Shown: in pieces, positions 1-13,000 of the stretch | How the letters are laid out: the number at the start of each line of letters is the position of its first letter | How positions within the stretch are numbered: position 1 is the first letter of the stretch | DNA from: Auanema rhodensis | Lineage: Eukaryota > Animalia > Nematoda | Reading direction: 5' to 3' | Assembly: GCA_964057225.1 (NCBI GenBank) | Contig: OZ059900.1 | Span: 6,386,001 to 6,450,000, forward strand | Length of the DNA stretch: 64,000 nt | The notes under the pieces: model-generated | Database searches by the model: none | Seen by the model: only the letters and a program-made list of their open reading frames with translations | What the model was told of the DNA's origin: nothing | Program-made: the position numbers and the translations under genes

Positions 1-695
1 CAAGAAAGATGCGACTCGTTTCTGAAGCTCACAAGAGAGAAACGGATGGAATGCTTGAAGGAACTCACCCAGCACATGGACCACTCAGGGATTTTTACAA
101 AACTGAGGCAAGTGAACTCTCTGACAAATCCAATCTTATCAACAGCGCCGCCACTGCATTAAAAAACTGCATAAGACTCAAAGATTTCCTTAGCACCGCA
201 AGAACACACCACGTGTTCCAAAATGAGCAAGACAAGCTCAAACCTTTTGGAAACGAGATAAGACTAAATGAGTTGATGAAGAGTATCCAAAAGGAACACA
301 TCCCAGCGTTAAACGGAGACAAGACGCCGTACAAACCCTCTACCATCAAAAGCGACGGAGAAGCGCCAGGATGTCCTCAACCTAAGGGAAACATCATCGT
401 CGTAGAAGCGCAGCCGGAGCTCAAAATAATATTGGGAGAACTGAAGCAGATGAGATCAGAAAACAAAAGGATGACCTCAGTGTTAATCGAACAGCTCGAC
501 CAACAAAAGAAGATCGACTCGCTAAAGAAAGAACTGAAAGAGATCAAAGAACTACTCGCGAAAGGGATCCAAGCCAAGCCTACAGTGTCTAAAGAAACGC
601 AGACTACCGGTAGGATCAAGACTAGAAAAGAACTGGAACAAGTAATTCCACCCACTAAGAGGAACAAGACTCAGGCGGCGATCATCACCATATAG
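1..695 (+). mobile_element. 3' end of the coding region of a probable BEL/Pao-type LTR retrotransposon (C-terminal coiled-coil-rich extension; ORF probably begins upstream of the window)
   Basis: Intronless ORF, GC-richer than host DNA, frame open to the window edge, stop TAG ending at 695. It is followed by a purine-rich GAAGGCCGGAG (709-719) and then TGT, the PPT/LTR-start arrangement typical of BEL/Pao elements. No RT or integrase motif lies inside the window. Confidence 0.6.
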
Positions 696-719
696 ATGTT
701 CTCTTTTCGAAGGCCGGAG

Positions 720-918
720 TGTGCTGAAGCACTCTCATCCCGTGATAATAGTGTTCCTCCTTAGTTTAGTTCAATTGTACTTTTTTATTGTCCTCTCTTT
801 GTACCATCCATTATCCTCAACTATCTAATCGATAATCCTGTAAGTTGTCACCAACGGCCGATTTGCCGATGAATCACCTATCGCCCTCCATTAGGCAAGA
901 TCTGAGGCGCGATAGCCG
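720..918 (+). mobile_element. Probable 3' LTR, truncated where the inverted satellite begins
   Basis: Starts TGT directly after the PPT-like tract. No AATAAA or terminal CA is seen before the satellite starts abruptly at 919. Confidence 0.5.
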
Positions 919-1321
919 ATTGTGAAGTTTGATATCATATCTTAGAATATTCTGAATTTCATCTTTGAATAATGAACAGTTCTCTACTTATAAGTTTTTG
1001 AAATTTTACCATTTTTTGTAAAATTTTGTATTTTTTCAATCAATTTAAAAACTACATTAACGTCTTTATTGTTTTATCATCTTCGAGTATTGTAGATTTT
1101 AATATCATATCTTAGAATTTTGAGAATTTCCTCTCAAAATAATGAACAGTTCTTTACTTATAAGTTTTTGAAATTTTACCTTTTTTTGTAAAATTTTGTA
1201 TTTTTTCAATCAATTTAAAAACTACATTAACGTCTTTATTGTTTTATCATCTTCGAGTATTGTAGATTCTAATATCATATCTTAGAATATTAGAATTTCA
1301 TCTCAAAATAATGAACAGTTT
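919..1321 (-). repeat. Satellite array (about 170-bp monomer) in REVERSE orientation; left arm
   Basis: attgtgaagtttgatatcatatcttagaat is the reverse complement of the monomer core attctaagatatgatatcaaacttcacaat seen from 3672 onward. Internal period is 170 bp (1089 to 1259). Confidence 0.95.
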
Positions 1322-1742
1322 CTTTTCTTTTCTTTTCGCCTATCCTCAATTTTCACGCTTTTCAGCCATTTTAAGGCTTAATATCAATGATTTTGTGTCA
1401 AAACTCATTGAAAAAACATTATTTTAAACAATTTTTAAAAATGGTAAAAAGGTCGAAATGCGTTACTTTACTTTAAAAATGTGGTCGACATACATGGTCG
1501 AAATGGTCGAGAAAAGTGCGCTTACATTTTGAATAAAAATAATGTTCAATAAATGGTGAGGTTAGGTAAACCTTGAGGATCTGCTTTGCAAGCTCTTTCA
1601 AGAGTCTATAATTATTTTATAAGTTGAGTAACTTCCGCTTTAAACGAAACCGATTCCTATATTCGTCGTTTGTTCATTATGTGATTATATAAAATTACAC
1701 AAAATTTTTAATGGCACGTTTTTTATCGAATCAGTTTATAAT

Positions 1743-3266
1743 TTACAACGAGTTAGAAATACAGGCGATATTTTTACGGATTTCTGCCAAGTAATTGCTG
1801 TAATCTCGGCTCGCTTTATAAAAGATTTCATGCTTGCGGAAGAGGTGTTTCTGCTTGAATATGGAATCGTTGGCGACTAATATCATCTCTTCGAGCTGCC
1901 ATGATTCCAAACAGTGACGTGCGACCCGCTGTTTTCCCCTGCCCAATATTTTTCTGACTTTCCATAATTGTCGCCGACCTAAATGAAAATAACAGAACTA
2001 ATGACAAAGAGACTTTAAATATACTATAAAATCAATAATGCTCAATTTCCCGTTGACATCAACTCCGTAATTTGCCGAGTGCAAATCCTAAAATACAAGG
2101 ATTCTCCGAATCAGTTCCCTTTCCGACATTTGGTCGTCCGTCATGTCGACCTCGTTCGCTTGGCGAAATCCGATGACTAAAAACACAAAATATTATTGTA
2201 TGAGAAATGTTTCAATATAAACTGAAAAATTTCAAAATTTCAATAATCTCCAAAAAATAAATTATTTTTCGTTGCATATCTGACACAAAAGTGAGGGCTA
2301 CATTTATGAAAATTACCTTCTTCGGTGCAGATGTATAATCCGAGGTTCGAGTAGTGCACATTCGGCACAAAATGAACTTTTGGCCCCAGCTTGATTAATT
2401 CGAGCATTTTGTATGCAAATATTTCACGCGAATCCGTACTTTGATTGTATGGATACACAGCCAGACCGATGTGTACCTTTACGTGGAACCTGCCCAAGAG
2501 GTTCCCCTCACTCAAAATATTCGCGATGACACCACCCTAAAACACATTTTTCAATCTCGCAAAAAACCTTCTTAATCATTTAATTACACTTACTTGAATT
2601 CCACCTCTAGTTTTTTCTTTACAATTAACTACGACGGTCGGGTTCTCGGCTTTCTCGGAAAAGTATTTTTGAAGAGCTAATTCCATATGTTTGTCCTCGG
2701 AGTCCAGGTAGTGAGCAAAGTCACTTTTGAAAGCACGCAGCTTTGTGCCGAATCTTGGATAAAAAGAAAATAAATCATTTGATATTAACAACATGATATG
2801 TGAAAGAGCCGATTCGACGGAGGAAATAATGCTTCCTATGTTGCCAACGGATTTTGCTTGTAGCGCTTCTTCTGCATAAGCAGTGAGGCAAATTTGCGTG
2901 CTTCCGAAATTATTCACATTAAAGTTTATTTTTATACAATTTTGGCTCACATTAGTGGTGCTAAACAAATAAAAATTTGAAAACTTACCACGATCACTGT
3001 GTCACCGTCTTTTAATCCATAAAACTCGAGGCTTTTCGCACCTCGTCCATAAAGTTTTTGTCCATCTTTATTAAAAAGGTTCTGGTGTACACTTCGCATT
3101 TTCCACGTCGAAGTGATTTCTTCTTGCAAGTCATCCAACGTTTTCTGAAAAAATTATATTTGATAACTGCTAATTTTATGAAAACGCGTACCTGGCTGTC
3201 AAATTTTAATTTGAATTCATCATGTACATAATCCTCATGATCTTGCAGCTCAATAAACAACTCCAT
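1743..3266 (-). pseudogene. Ubiquitin-like domain + atypical (PI3K/PI4K/HipA-like) kinase gene, copy 1; apparently disrupted
   Basis: Exons 3266-3192 and 3144-2989 give MELFIELQ...KTLDDLQEEI...QNLF...GQKL...KSLEFYGLKDGDTVIV (UBL fold). Exons ~2903-2594, 2536-2317, 2176-~2025 and 1978-1743 give GGIQGG (Gly loop), FHVK (beta3 Lys), REIFAYKMLELIKLGP (alphaC Glu), DLHSANYG (catalytic loop) and IIDF. There is an in-frame TAG at 2088-2090, no phase-compatible AG acceptor for exon 3 (tttcgg at 2909-2904), and a frame mismatch in the last exon. Confidence 0.8.
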
Positions 3267-3671
3267 CGGATCGGCAGGTGTTCTCAAAATTTGAAATTTG
3301 AATGCAAATTATAGAATCTGTTGCACTCTATAAAAACAACATGCAAATATTCACTTTAGAAACATATATAGATATATATAACATATAACATAGAATGTTA
3401 AAAACAAATTTCTGACAGTAGATAGGCAGAATGATTTGAACATTCTTAACTCAGCCTTTGAGAAAAATTAATTAATATTAATTAAAATGTAGAAAAACAA
3501 AACTATTCTCTCCATTAGGTATAAAAATATGATTAGGTGTAGGCATTATCATTAACGTTGTGTGACAATGCAATTAATGAAAAATATCAAACTAGCCAAA
3601 GAAGATAATTTAAAAACTATTTAAAAAGCATTTTAAAAGCAAAAAGCATTTTAAAAGCAAAGCAAAAAGCA

Positions 3672-4488
3672 AGATATGATATCAAACTTCACAATACTCA
3701 AAGATGATCAAACAATAAAGACGGTAATGTAGTTTTAAATTGACTGAATAAATACAGAAAGTTACAAAAAAAGGTAAATTTTCAAAAACTTAGAAGGAAA
3801 GAACTGTTCATAATTCGAAGATGAAATTCACAAAATTCTGAGATATGATATCAAACTTCACAATACTCAAAGATGATCAAACAATAAAGACGGTAATGTA
3901 GTTTTAAATTGATTGAATAAATACAAAAAAGTAGAGAACTGTTCATAATTCAAAGATGAAATTCACAAAATTCTAAATGATTGAAAAAATACAAAAATTT
4001 ACAAAAAAAGGTAAATTTTCAAAAACTTATAAGTAAAGAACTGTCTTTATTTTGAGATGAAATTCACAAAAATCTAAGGTATGATATCAAAGTTCACAAT
4101 AGTCAATGATGATTAAATAATGAAGACATTAGTGTAGTTTTTAAATTGATTGAAAAAATACAAAAAAGTAGAGAACTGTTCATTATTCAAAGATGAAATT
4201 CCAAAAATATTCTAAGATATGATATTAAACTCTAGAATACTCGAAGATGATCGAATAATAAAGACGTTGATGTAGTTTTAAATTGATTGAAAAATACAAA
4301 AATTTACAAAGAAAGGTAAATTTTCAAAAACTTAGAAGTAAAGAACTGTTCATTATTTTGAGATGAAATTCACAAAAATCTAAGGTATGATATCAGAGTT
4401 CACAATAGTCAATGATGATTAAATAATAAAGACATTAGTGTAGTTTTTAAATTGATTGAAAGAATACAAAAATTTATAAAAAAGGTAA
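3672..4488 (+). repeat. Satellite spacer 1 (169/135-bp monomers, short form)
   Basis: agatatgatatcaaacttcacaatactcaaagatgatc recurs at 3672 and 3841 (169 bp apart). Confidence 0.95.
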
Positions 4489-4927
4489 TAATATGTATTT
4501 TGCCGTTCTAGCGCACCTTTTCGCCCATCCTCAGTTTTCACGCTTTTCAGCCATTTTAAGGCTTAATATCAATGATTTTGTGTCAAAACTCATTGAAAAA
4601 ACATTATTTTAAACAATTTTTAAAAATGGTAAAAAGGTCGAAATGCGTTACTTTACTTTAAAAATGTGGTCGACATACATGGTCGAAATGGTCGAGAAAA
4701 GTGCGCTTACATTTTGAATAAAAATAATGTTCAATAAATGGTGAGGTTAGGTAAACCTTGAGGATCTGCTTTGCAAGCTCTTTCAAGAGTCTATAATTAT
4801 TTTATAAGTTGAGTAACTTCCGCTTTAAACGAAACCGATTCCTATATTCGTCGTTTGTTCATTATGTGATTATATAAAATTACACAAAATTTTTAATGGC
4901 ACGTTTTTTATCGAATCAGTTTATAAT

Positions 4928-6451
4928 TTACAACGAGTTAGAAATACAGGCGATATTTTTACGGATTTCTGCCAAGTAATTGCTGTAATCTCGGCTCGCT
5001 TTATAAAAGATTTCATGCTTGCGGAAGAGGTGTTTCTGCTTGAATATGGAATCGTTGGCGACTAATATCATCTCTTCGAGCTGCCATGATTCCAAACAGT
5101 GACGTGCGACCCGCTGTTTTCCCCTGCCCAATATTTTTCTGACTTTCCATAATTGTCGCCGACCTAAATGAAAATAACAGAACTAATGACAAAGAGACTT
5201 TAAATATACTATAAAATCAATAATGCTCAATTTCCCGTTGACATCAACTCCGTAATTTGCCGAGTGCAAATCCTAAAATACAAGGATTCTCCGAATCAGT
5301 TCCCTTTCCGACATTTGGTCGTCCGTCATGTCGACCTCGTTCGCTTGGCGAAATCCGATGACTAAAAACACAAAATATTATTGTATGAGAAATGTTTCAA
5401 TATAAACTGAAAAATTTCAAAATTTCAATAATCTCCAAAAAATAAATTATTTTTCGTTGCATATCTGACACAAAAGTGAGGGCTACATTTATGAAAATTA
5501 CCTTCTTCGGTGCAGATGTATAATCCGAGGTTCGAGTAGTGCACATTCGGCACAAAATGAACTTTTGGCCCCAGCTTGATTAATTCGAGCATTTTGTATG
5601 CAAATATTTCACGCGAATCCGTACTTTGATTGTATGGATACACAGCCAGACCGATGTGTACCTTTACGTGGAACCTGCCCAAGAGGTTCCCCTCACTCAA
5701 AATATTCGCGATGACACCACCCTAAAACACATTTTTCAATCTCGCAAAAAACCTTCTTAATCATTTAATTACACTTACTTGAATTCCACCTCTAGTTTTT
5801 TCTTTACAATTAACTACGACGGTCGGGTTCTCGGCTTTCTCGGAAAAGTATTTTTGAAGAGCTAATTCCATATGTTTGTCCTCGGAGTCCAGGTAGTGAG
5901 CAAAGTCACTTTTGAAAGCACGCAGCTTTGTGCCGAATCTTGGATAAAAAGAAAATAAATCATTTGATATTAACAACATGATATGTGAAAGAGCCGATTC
6001 GACGGAGGAAATAATGCTTCCTATGTTGCCAACGGATTTTGCTTGTAGCGCTTCTTCTGCATAAGCAGTGAGGCAAATTTGCGTGCTTCCGAAATTATTC
6101 ACATTAAAGTTTATTTTTATACAATTTTGGCTCACATTAGTGGTGCTAAACAAATAAAAATTTGAAAACTTACCACGATCACTGTGTCACCGTCTTTTAA
6201 TCCATAAAACTCGAGGCTTTTCGCACCTCGTCCATAAAGTTTTTGTCCATCTTTATTAAAAAGGTTCTGGTGTACACTTCGCATTTTCCACGTCGAAGTG
6301 ATTTCTTCTTGCAAGTCATCCAACGTTTTCTGAAAAAATTATATTTGATAACTGCTAATTTTATGAAAACGCGTACCTGGCTGTCAAATTTTAATTTGAA
6401 TTCATCATGTACATAATCCTCATGATCTTGCAGCTCAATAAACAACTCCAT
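4928..6451 (-). pseudogene. UBL-kinase gene, copy 2
   Basis: ORF translations identical to copy 1 at +3185. Same TAG at 5273-5275. Confidence 0.8.
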
Positions 6452-6856
6452 CGGATCGGCAGGTGTTCTCAAAATTTGAAATTTGAATGCAAATTATAGA
6501 ATCTGTTGCACTCTATAAAAACAACATGCAAATATTCACTTTAGAAACATATATAGATATATATAACATATAACATAGAATGTTAAAAACAAATTTCTGA
6601 CAGTAGATAGGCAGAATGATTTGAACATTCTTAACTCAGCCTTTGAGAAAAATTAATTAATATTAATTAAAATGTAGAAAAACAAAACTATTCTCTCCAT
6701 TAGGTATAAAAATATGATTAGGTGTAGGCATTATCATTAACGTTGTGTGACAATGCAATTAATAAAAAATATCAAACTAGCCAAAGAAGATAATTTAAAA
6801 ACTATTTAAAAAGCATTTTAAAAGCAAAAAGCATTTTAAAAGCAAAGCAAAAAGCA

Positions 6857-7674
6857 AGATATGATATCAAACTTCACAATACTCAAAGATGATCAAACAA
6901 TAAAGACGGTAATGTAGTTTTAAATTGACTGAATAAATACAGAAAGTTACAAAAAAAGGTAAATTTTCAAAAACTTAGAAGGAAAGAACTGTTCATAATT
7001 CGAAGATGAAATTCACAAAATTCTGAGATATGATATCAAACTTCACAATACTCAAAGATGATCAAACAATAAAGACGGTAATGTAGTTTTAAATTGATTG
7101 AATAAATACAAAAAAGTAGAGAACTGTTCATAATTCGAAGATGAAATTCACAAAATTCTAAATGATTGAAAAAATACAAAAATTTACAAAAAAAGGTAAA
7201 TTTTCAAAAACTTATAAGTAAAGAACTGTTCATTATTTTGAGATGAAATTCACAAAAATCTAAGGTATGATATCAAAGTTCACAATAGTCAATGATGATT
7301 AAATAATGAAGACATTAGTGTAGTTTTTAAATTGATTGAAAAAATACAAAAAAGTAGAGAACTGTTCATTATTCAAAGATGAAATTCCAAAAATATTCTA
7401 AGATATGATATTAAACTCTAGAATACTCGAAGATGATCGAATAATAAAGACGTTGATGTAGTTTTAAATTGATTGAAAAATACAAAAATTTACAAAGAAA
7501 GGTAAATTTTCAAAAACTTAGAAGTAAAGAACTGTTCATTATTTTGAGATGAAATTCACAAAAATCTAAGGTATGATATCAGAGTTCACAATAGTCAATG
7601 ATGATTAAATAATAAAGACATTAGTGTAGTTTTTAAATTGATTGAAAGAATACAAAAATTTATAAAAAAGGTAA
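6857..7674 (+). repeat. Satellite spacer 2 (short form)
   Basis: Near-identical to spacer 1. It is 1 bp longer (gaactgttcatt vs gaactgtcttt), which accounts for the 3186 period. Confidence 0.95.
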
Positions 7675-8113
7675 TAATATGTATTTTGCCGTTCTAGCGC
7701 ACCTTTTCGCCCATCCTCAGTTTTCACGCTTTTCAGCCATTTTAAGGCTTAATATCAATGATTTTGTGTCAAAACTCATTGAAAAAACATTATTTTAAAC
7801 AATTTTTAAAAATGGTAAAAAGGTCGAAATGCGTTACTTTACTTTAAAAATGTGGTCGACATACATGGTCGAAATGGTCGAGAAAAGTGCGCTTACATTT
7901 TGAATAAAAATAATGTTCAATAAATGGTGAGGTTAGGTAAACCTTGAGGATCTGCTTTGCAAGCTCTTTCAAGAGTCTATAATTATTTTATAAGTTGAGT
8001 AACTTCCGCTTTAAACGAAACCGATTCCTATATTCGTCGTTTGTTCATTATGTGATTATATAAAATTACACAAAATTTTTAATGGCACGTTTTTTATCGA
8101 ATCAGTTTATAAT

Positions 8114-9637
8114 TTACAACGAGTTAGAAATACAGGCGATATTTTTACGGATTTCTGCCAAGTAATTGCTGTAATCTCGGCTCGCTTTATAAAAGATTTC
8201 ATGCTTGCGGAAGAGGTGTTTCTGCTTGAATATGGAATCGTTGGCGACTAATATCATCTCTTCGAGCTGCCATGATTCCAAACAGTGACGTGCGACCCGC
8301 TGTTTTCCCCTGCCCAATATTTTTCTGACTTTCCATAATTGTCGCCGACCTAAATGAAAATAACAGAACTAATGACAAAGAGACTTTAAATATACTATAA
8401 AATCAATAATGCTCAATTTCCCGTTGACATCAACTCCGTAATTTGCCGAGTGCAAATCCTAAAATACAAGGATTCTCCGAATCAGTTCCCTTTCCGACAT
8501 TTGGTCGTCCGTCATGTCGACCTCGTTCGCTTGGCGAAATCCGATGACTAAAAACACAAAATATTATTGTATGAGAAATGTTTCAATATAAACTGAAAAA
8601 TTTCAAAATTTCAATAATCTCCAAAAAATAAATTATTTTTCGTTGCATATCTGACACAAAAGTGAGGGCTACATTTATGAAAATTACCTTCTTCGGTGCA
8701 GATGTATAATCCGAGGTTCGAGTAGTGCACATTCGGCACAAAATGAACTTTTGGCCCCAGCTTGATTAATTCGAGCATTTTGTATGCAAATATTTCACGC
8801 GAATCCGTACTTTGATTGTATGGATACACAGCCAGACCGATGTGTACCTTTACGTGGAACCTGCCCAAGAGGTTCCCCTCACTCAAAATATTCGCGATGA
8901 CACCACCCTAAAACACATTTTTCAATCTCGCAAAAAACCTTCTTAATCATTTAATTACACTTACTTGAATTCCACCTCTAGTTTTTTCTTTACAATTAAC
9001 TACGACGGTCGGGTTCTCGGCTTTCTCGGAAAAGTATTTTTGAAGAGCTAATTCCATATGTTTGTCCTCGGAGTCCAGGTAGTGAGCAAAGTCACTTTTG
9101 AAAGCACGCAGCTTTGTGCCGAATCTTGGATAAAAAGAAAATAAATCATTTGATATTAACAACATGATATGTGAAAGAGCCGATTCGACGGAGGAAATAA
9201 TGCTTCCTATGTTGCCAACGGATTTTGCTTGTAGCGCTTCTTCTGCATAAGCAGTGAGGCAAATTTGCGTGCTTCCGAAATTATTCACATTAAAGTTTAT
9301 TTTTATACAATTTTGGCTCACATTAGTGGTGCTAAACAAATAAAAATTTGAAAACTTACCACGATCACTGTGTCACCGTCTTTTAATCCATAAAACTCGA
9401 GGCTTTTCGCACCTCGTCCATAAAGTTTTTGTCCATCTTTATTAAAAAGGTTCTGGTGTACACTTCGCATTTTCCACGTCGAAGTGATTTCTTCTTGCAA
9501 GTCATCCAACGTTTTCTGAAAAAATTATATTTGATAACTGCTAATTTTATGAAAACGCGTACCTGGCTGTCAAATTTTAATTTGAATTCATCATGTACAT
9601 AATCCTCATGATCTTGCAGCTCAATAAACAACTCCAT
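8114..9637 (-). pseudogene. UBL-kinase gene, copy 3
   Basis: ORF translations identical to copy 1. Same TAG at 8459-8461. Confidence 0.8.
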
Positions 9638-10042
9638 CGGATCGGCAGGTGTTCTCAAAATTAGAAATTTGAATGCAAATTATAGAATCTGTTGCACTCT
9701 ATAAAAACAACATGCAAATATTCACTTTAGAAACATATATAGATATATATAACATATAACATAGAATGTTAAAAACAAATTTCTGACAGTAGATAGGCAG
9801 AATGATTTGAACATTCTTAACTCAGCCTTTGAGAAAAATTAATTAATATTAATTAAAATGTAGAAAAACAAAACTATTCTCTCCATTAGGTATAAAAATA
9901 TGATTAGGTGTAGGCATTATCATTAACGTTGTGTGACAATGCAATTAATGAAAAATATCAAACTAGCCAAAGAAGATAATTTAAAAACTATTTAAAAAGC
10001 ATTTTAAAAGCAAAAAGCATTTTAAAAGCAAAGCAAAAAGCA

Positions 10043-13000
10043 AGATATGATATCAAACTTCACAATACTCAAAGATGATCAAACAATAAAGACGGTAATG
10101 TAGTTTTAAATTGACTGAATAAATACAGAAAGTTACAAAAAAAGGTAAATTTTCAAAAACTTAGAAGGAAAGAACTGTTCATAATTCGAAGATGAAATTC
10201 ACAAAATTCTGAGATATGATATCAAACTTCACAATACTCAAAGATGATCAAACAATAAAGACGGTAATGTAGTTTCAAATTGACTGAATAAATACAGAAA
10301 GTTACAAAAAAAGGTAAATTTTCAAAAACTTAGAAGGAAAGAACTGTTCATAATTCGAAGATGAAATTCACAAAATTCTGAGATATGATATCAAACTTCA
10401 CAATACTCAAAGATGATCAAACAATAAAGACGGTAATGTAGTTTCAAATTGACTGAATAAATACAGAAAGTTACAAAAAAAGGTAAATTTTCAAAAACTT
10501 AGAAGGAAAGAACTGTTCATTATTTTGAGATGAAATTCTCAAAATTCTAAGATATGATATCAAACTTCACAATACTCAAAGATGATCAAACAATAAAGAC
10601 GGTAATGTAGTTTCAAATTGACTGAATAAATACAGAAAGTTACAAAAAAAGGTAAATTTTCAAAAACTTAGAAGGAAAGAACTGTTCATAATTCGAAGAT
10701 GAAATTCACAAAATTCTGAGATATGATATCAAACTTCACAATACTCAAAGATGATCAAACAATAAAGACGGTAATGTAGTTTTAAATTGATTGAATAAAT
10801 ACAAAAAAGTAGAGAACTGTTCATAATTCGAAGATGAAATTCACAAAATTCTAAATGATTGAAAAAATACAAAAATTTACAAAAAAAGGTAAATTTTCAA
10901 AAACTTATAAGTAAAGAACTGTTCATTATTTTGAGATGAAATTCACAAAAATCTAAGGTATGATATCAAAGTTCACAATAGTCAATGATGATTAAATAAT
11001 GAAGACATTAGTGTAGTTTTTAAATTGATTGAAAAAATACAAAAAAGTAGAGAACTGTTCATTATTCAAAGATGAAATTCCAAAAATATTCTAAGATATG
11101 ATATTAAACTCTAGAATACTCAAAGATGATCGAATAATAAAGACGTTGATGTAGTTTTAAATTGATTGAAAAACACAAAAATTTACAAAGAAAGGTAAAT
11201 TTTCAAAACCTTATAAGTAAAGAACTGTTAATTATTTTGAGATGATATTCACAAAAATCTAAGGTATGATATCAAAGTTCACAATAGTCAATGATGATTA
11301 AATAATAAAGACATTAATGTAGTTTTTAAATTGATTGAAAAAATACAAAAAAATAGAGAACTGTTCATAATTCGGAGAGGAAATTCTCAAATTTCTAAGA
11401 TATGATATTAAACTCTAGAATACTCAAAGATGATCGAATAATAAAGACGTTGATGTAGTTTTAAATTGATTGAAAAAATACAAAAAGTTACAAAAAAAGG
11501 TAAATTTTCAAAAACTTATAAGTAGCGAACTGTTCATTATTTTGAGATGATATTCACAAAATTCTAAGATATGATATCAAACTTCACAATACTCAAAGAT
11601 GATCAAACAATAAAGACGTTAATGTAGTTTTTAAATTGATTGAAAAAATACAAAAAATTACAAAAAAAGGTAAATTTTCAAAAACTTAGAAGGAAAGAAC
11701 TGTTCATTATTTTGAGATGAAATTCTCAAAATTCTAAGATATGATATCAAACTTCACAATACTCAAAGATGATCAAATAATAAAGACATAAGTGTAGTTT
11801 TTAAATTGATTGAAAAAATACAAAAAGTTACAAAAAAAGGTAAATTTTCAAAAACTTATAAGTAAAGAACTGTTCATAATTCGAAGAGGAAATTCACAAA
11901 ATTCTAAGATATGATATTAAACTTCACAATACTCAAAGATGATCAAACAATAAAGACGGTAATGTAGTTTTAAATTGATTGAAAAAATACAAAAAAGTAG
12001 AGAACTGTTCATAATTCGGAGAGGAAATTCACATAATTTTAAGATATGATATTCAACTTCACAATACTCAAAGATGATCAAGCAATAAAGACGTTAATGT
12101 AGTTTTTAAATTGATTGAATAAATACAAAAATTTACAAAAAAAGGTAAATTTTCAAAAACTTATAAGTAGCGAACTGTTCATTATTTTGAGATGATATTC
12201 ACAAAATTCTAAGATATGATATCAAACTTCACAATACTCAAAGATGATCAAACAATAAAGACGTTAATGTAGTTTTTAAATTGATTGAAAAAATACAAAA
12301 AATTACAAAAAAAGGTAAATTTTCAAAAACTTAGAAGGAAAGAACTGTTCATTATTTTGAGATGAAATTCTCAAAATTCTAAGATATGATATCAAACTTC
12401 ACAATACTCAAAGATGATCAAATAATAAAGACATAAGTGTAGTTTTTAAATTGATTGAAAAAATACAAAAAGTTACAAAAAAAGGTAAATTTTCAAAAAC
12501 TTATAAGTAAAGAACTGTTCATAATTCGAAGAGGAAATTCACAAAATTCTAAGATATGATATCAAACTTCACAATACTCAAAGATGATCAAACAATAAAG
12601 ACGGTAATGTAGTTTTAAATTGATTGAATAAATAGAAAAAGTTACAAAAAAAGGTAAATTTTCAAAAACTTAGAAGGAAAGAACTGTTCATAATTCGGAG
12701 AGGAAATTCACAAAATTCTAAGATATGATCTCAAACTTCACAATACTCAAAGATGATCAAACAATAAAGACGGTAATGTAGTTTTAAATTGATTGAATAA
12801 ATACAAAAAGATACAAAAAAAGGTAAATTTTCAAAAACTTAGAAGGAAAGAACTGTTCATAATTCGAAGAGGAAATTCACAAAATTCTAAGATATGATAT
12901 TAAACTTCACAATACTCAAAGATGATCAAACAATAAAGACGGAAATGTAGTTTTAAATTGATTGAAAAAATACAAAAAAGTAGAGAACTGTTCATAATTC

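Noticed and set aside
95-667. Minus-strand ORFs 95-349 and 377-667, and other antisense or short hydrophobic ORFs in the track (for example 24556, 35026, 51677, 52316, 58945)
   Set aside because: These are shadows of real coding strands or AT-rich F/I/L-biased chance ORFs, many with non-ATG starts.
3800-3815. piRNA (Ruby) motif or heat-shock element in the satellite word agaactgttca
   Set aside because: It is CTGTTCA, not CTGTTTCA, and the GAA-TTC spacing is 3 nt rather than the 2 nt of an HSE.
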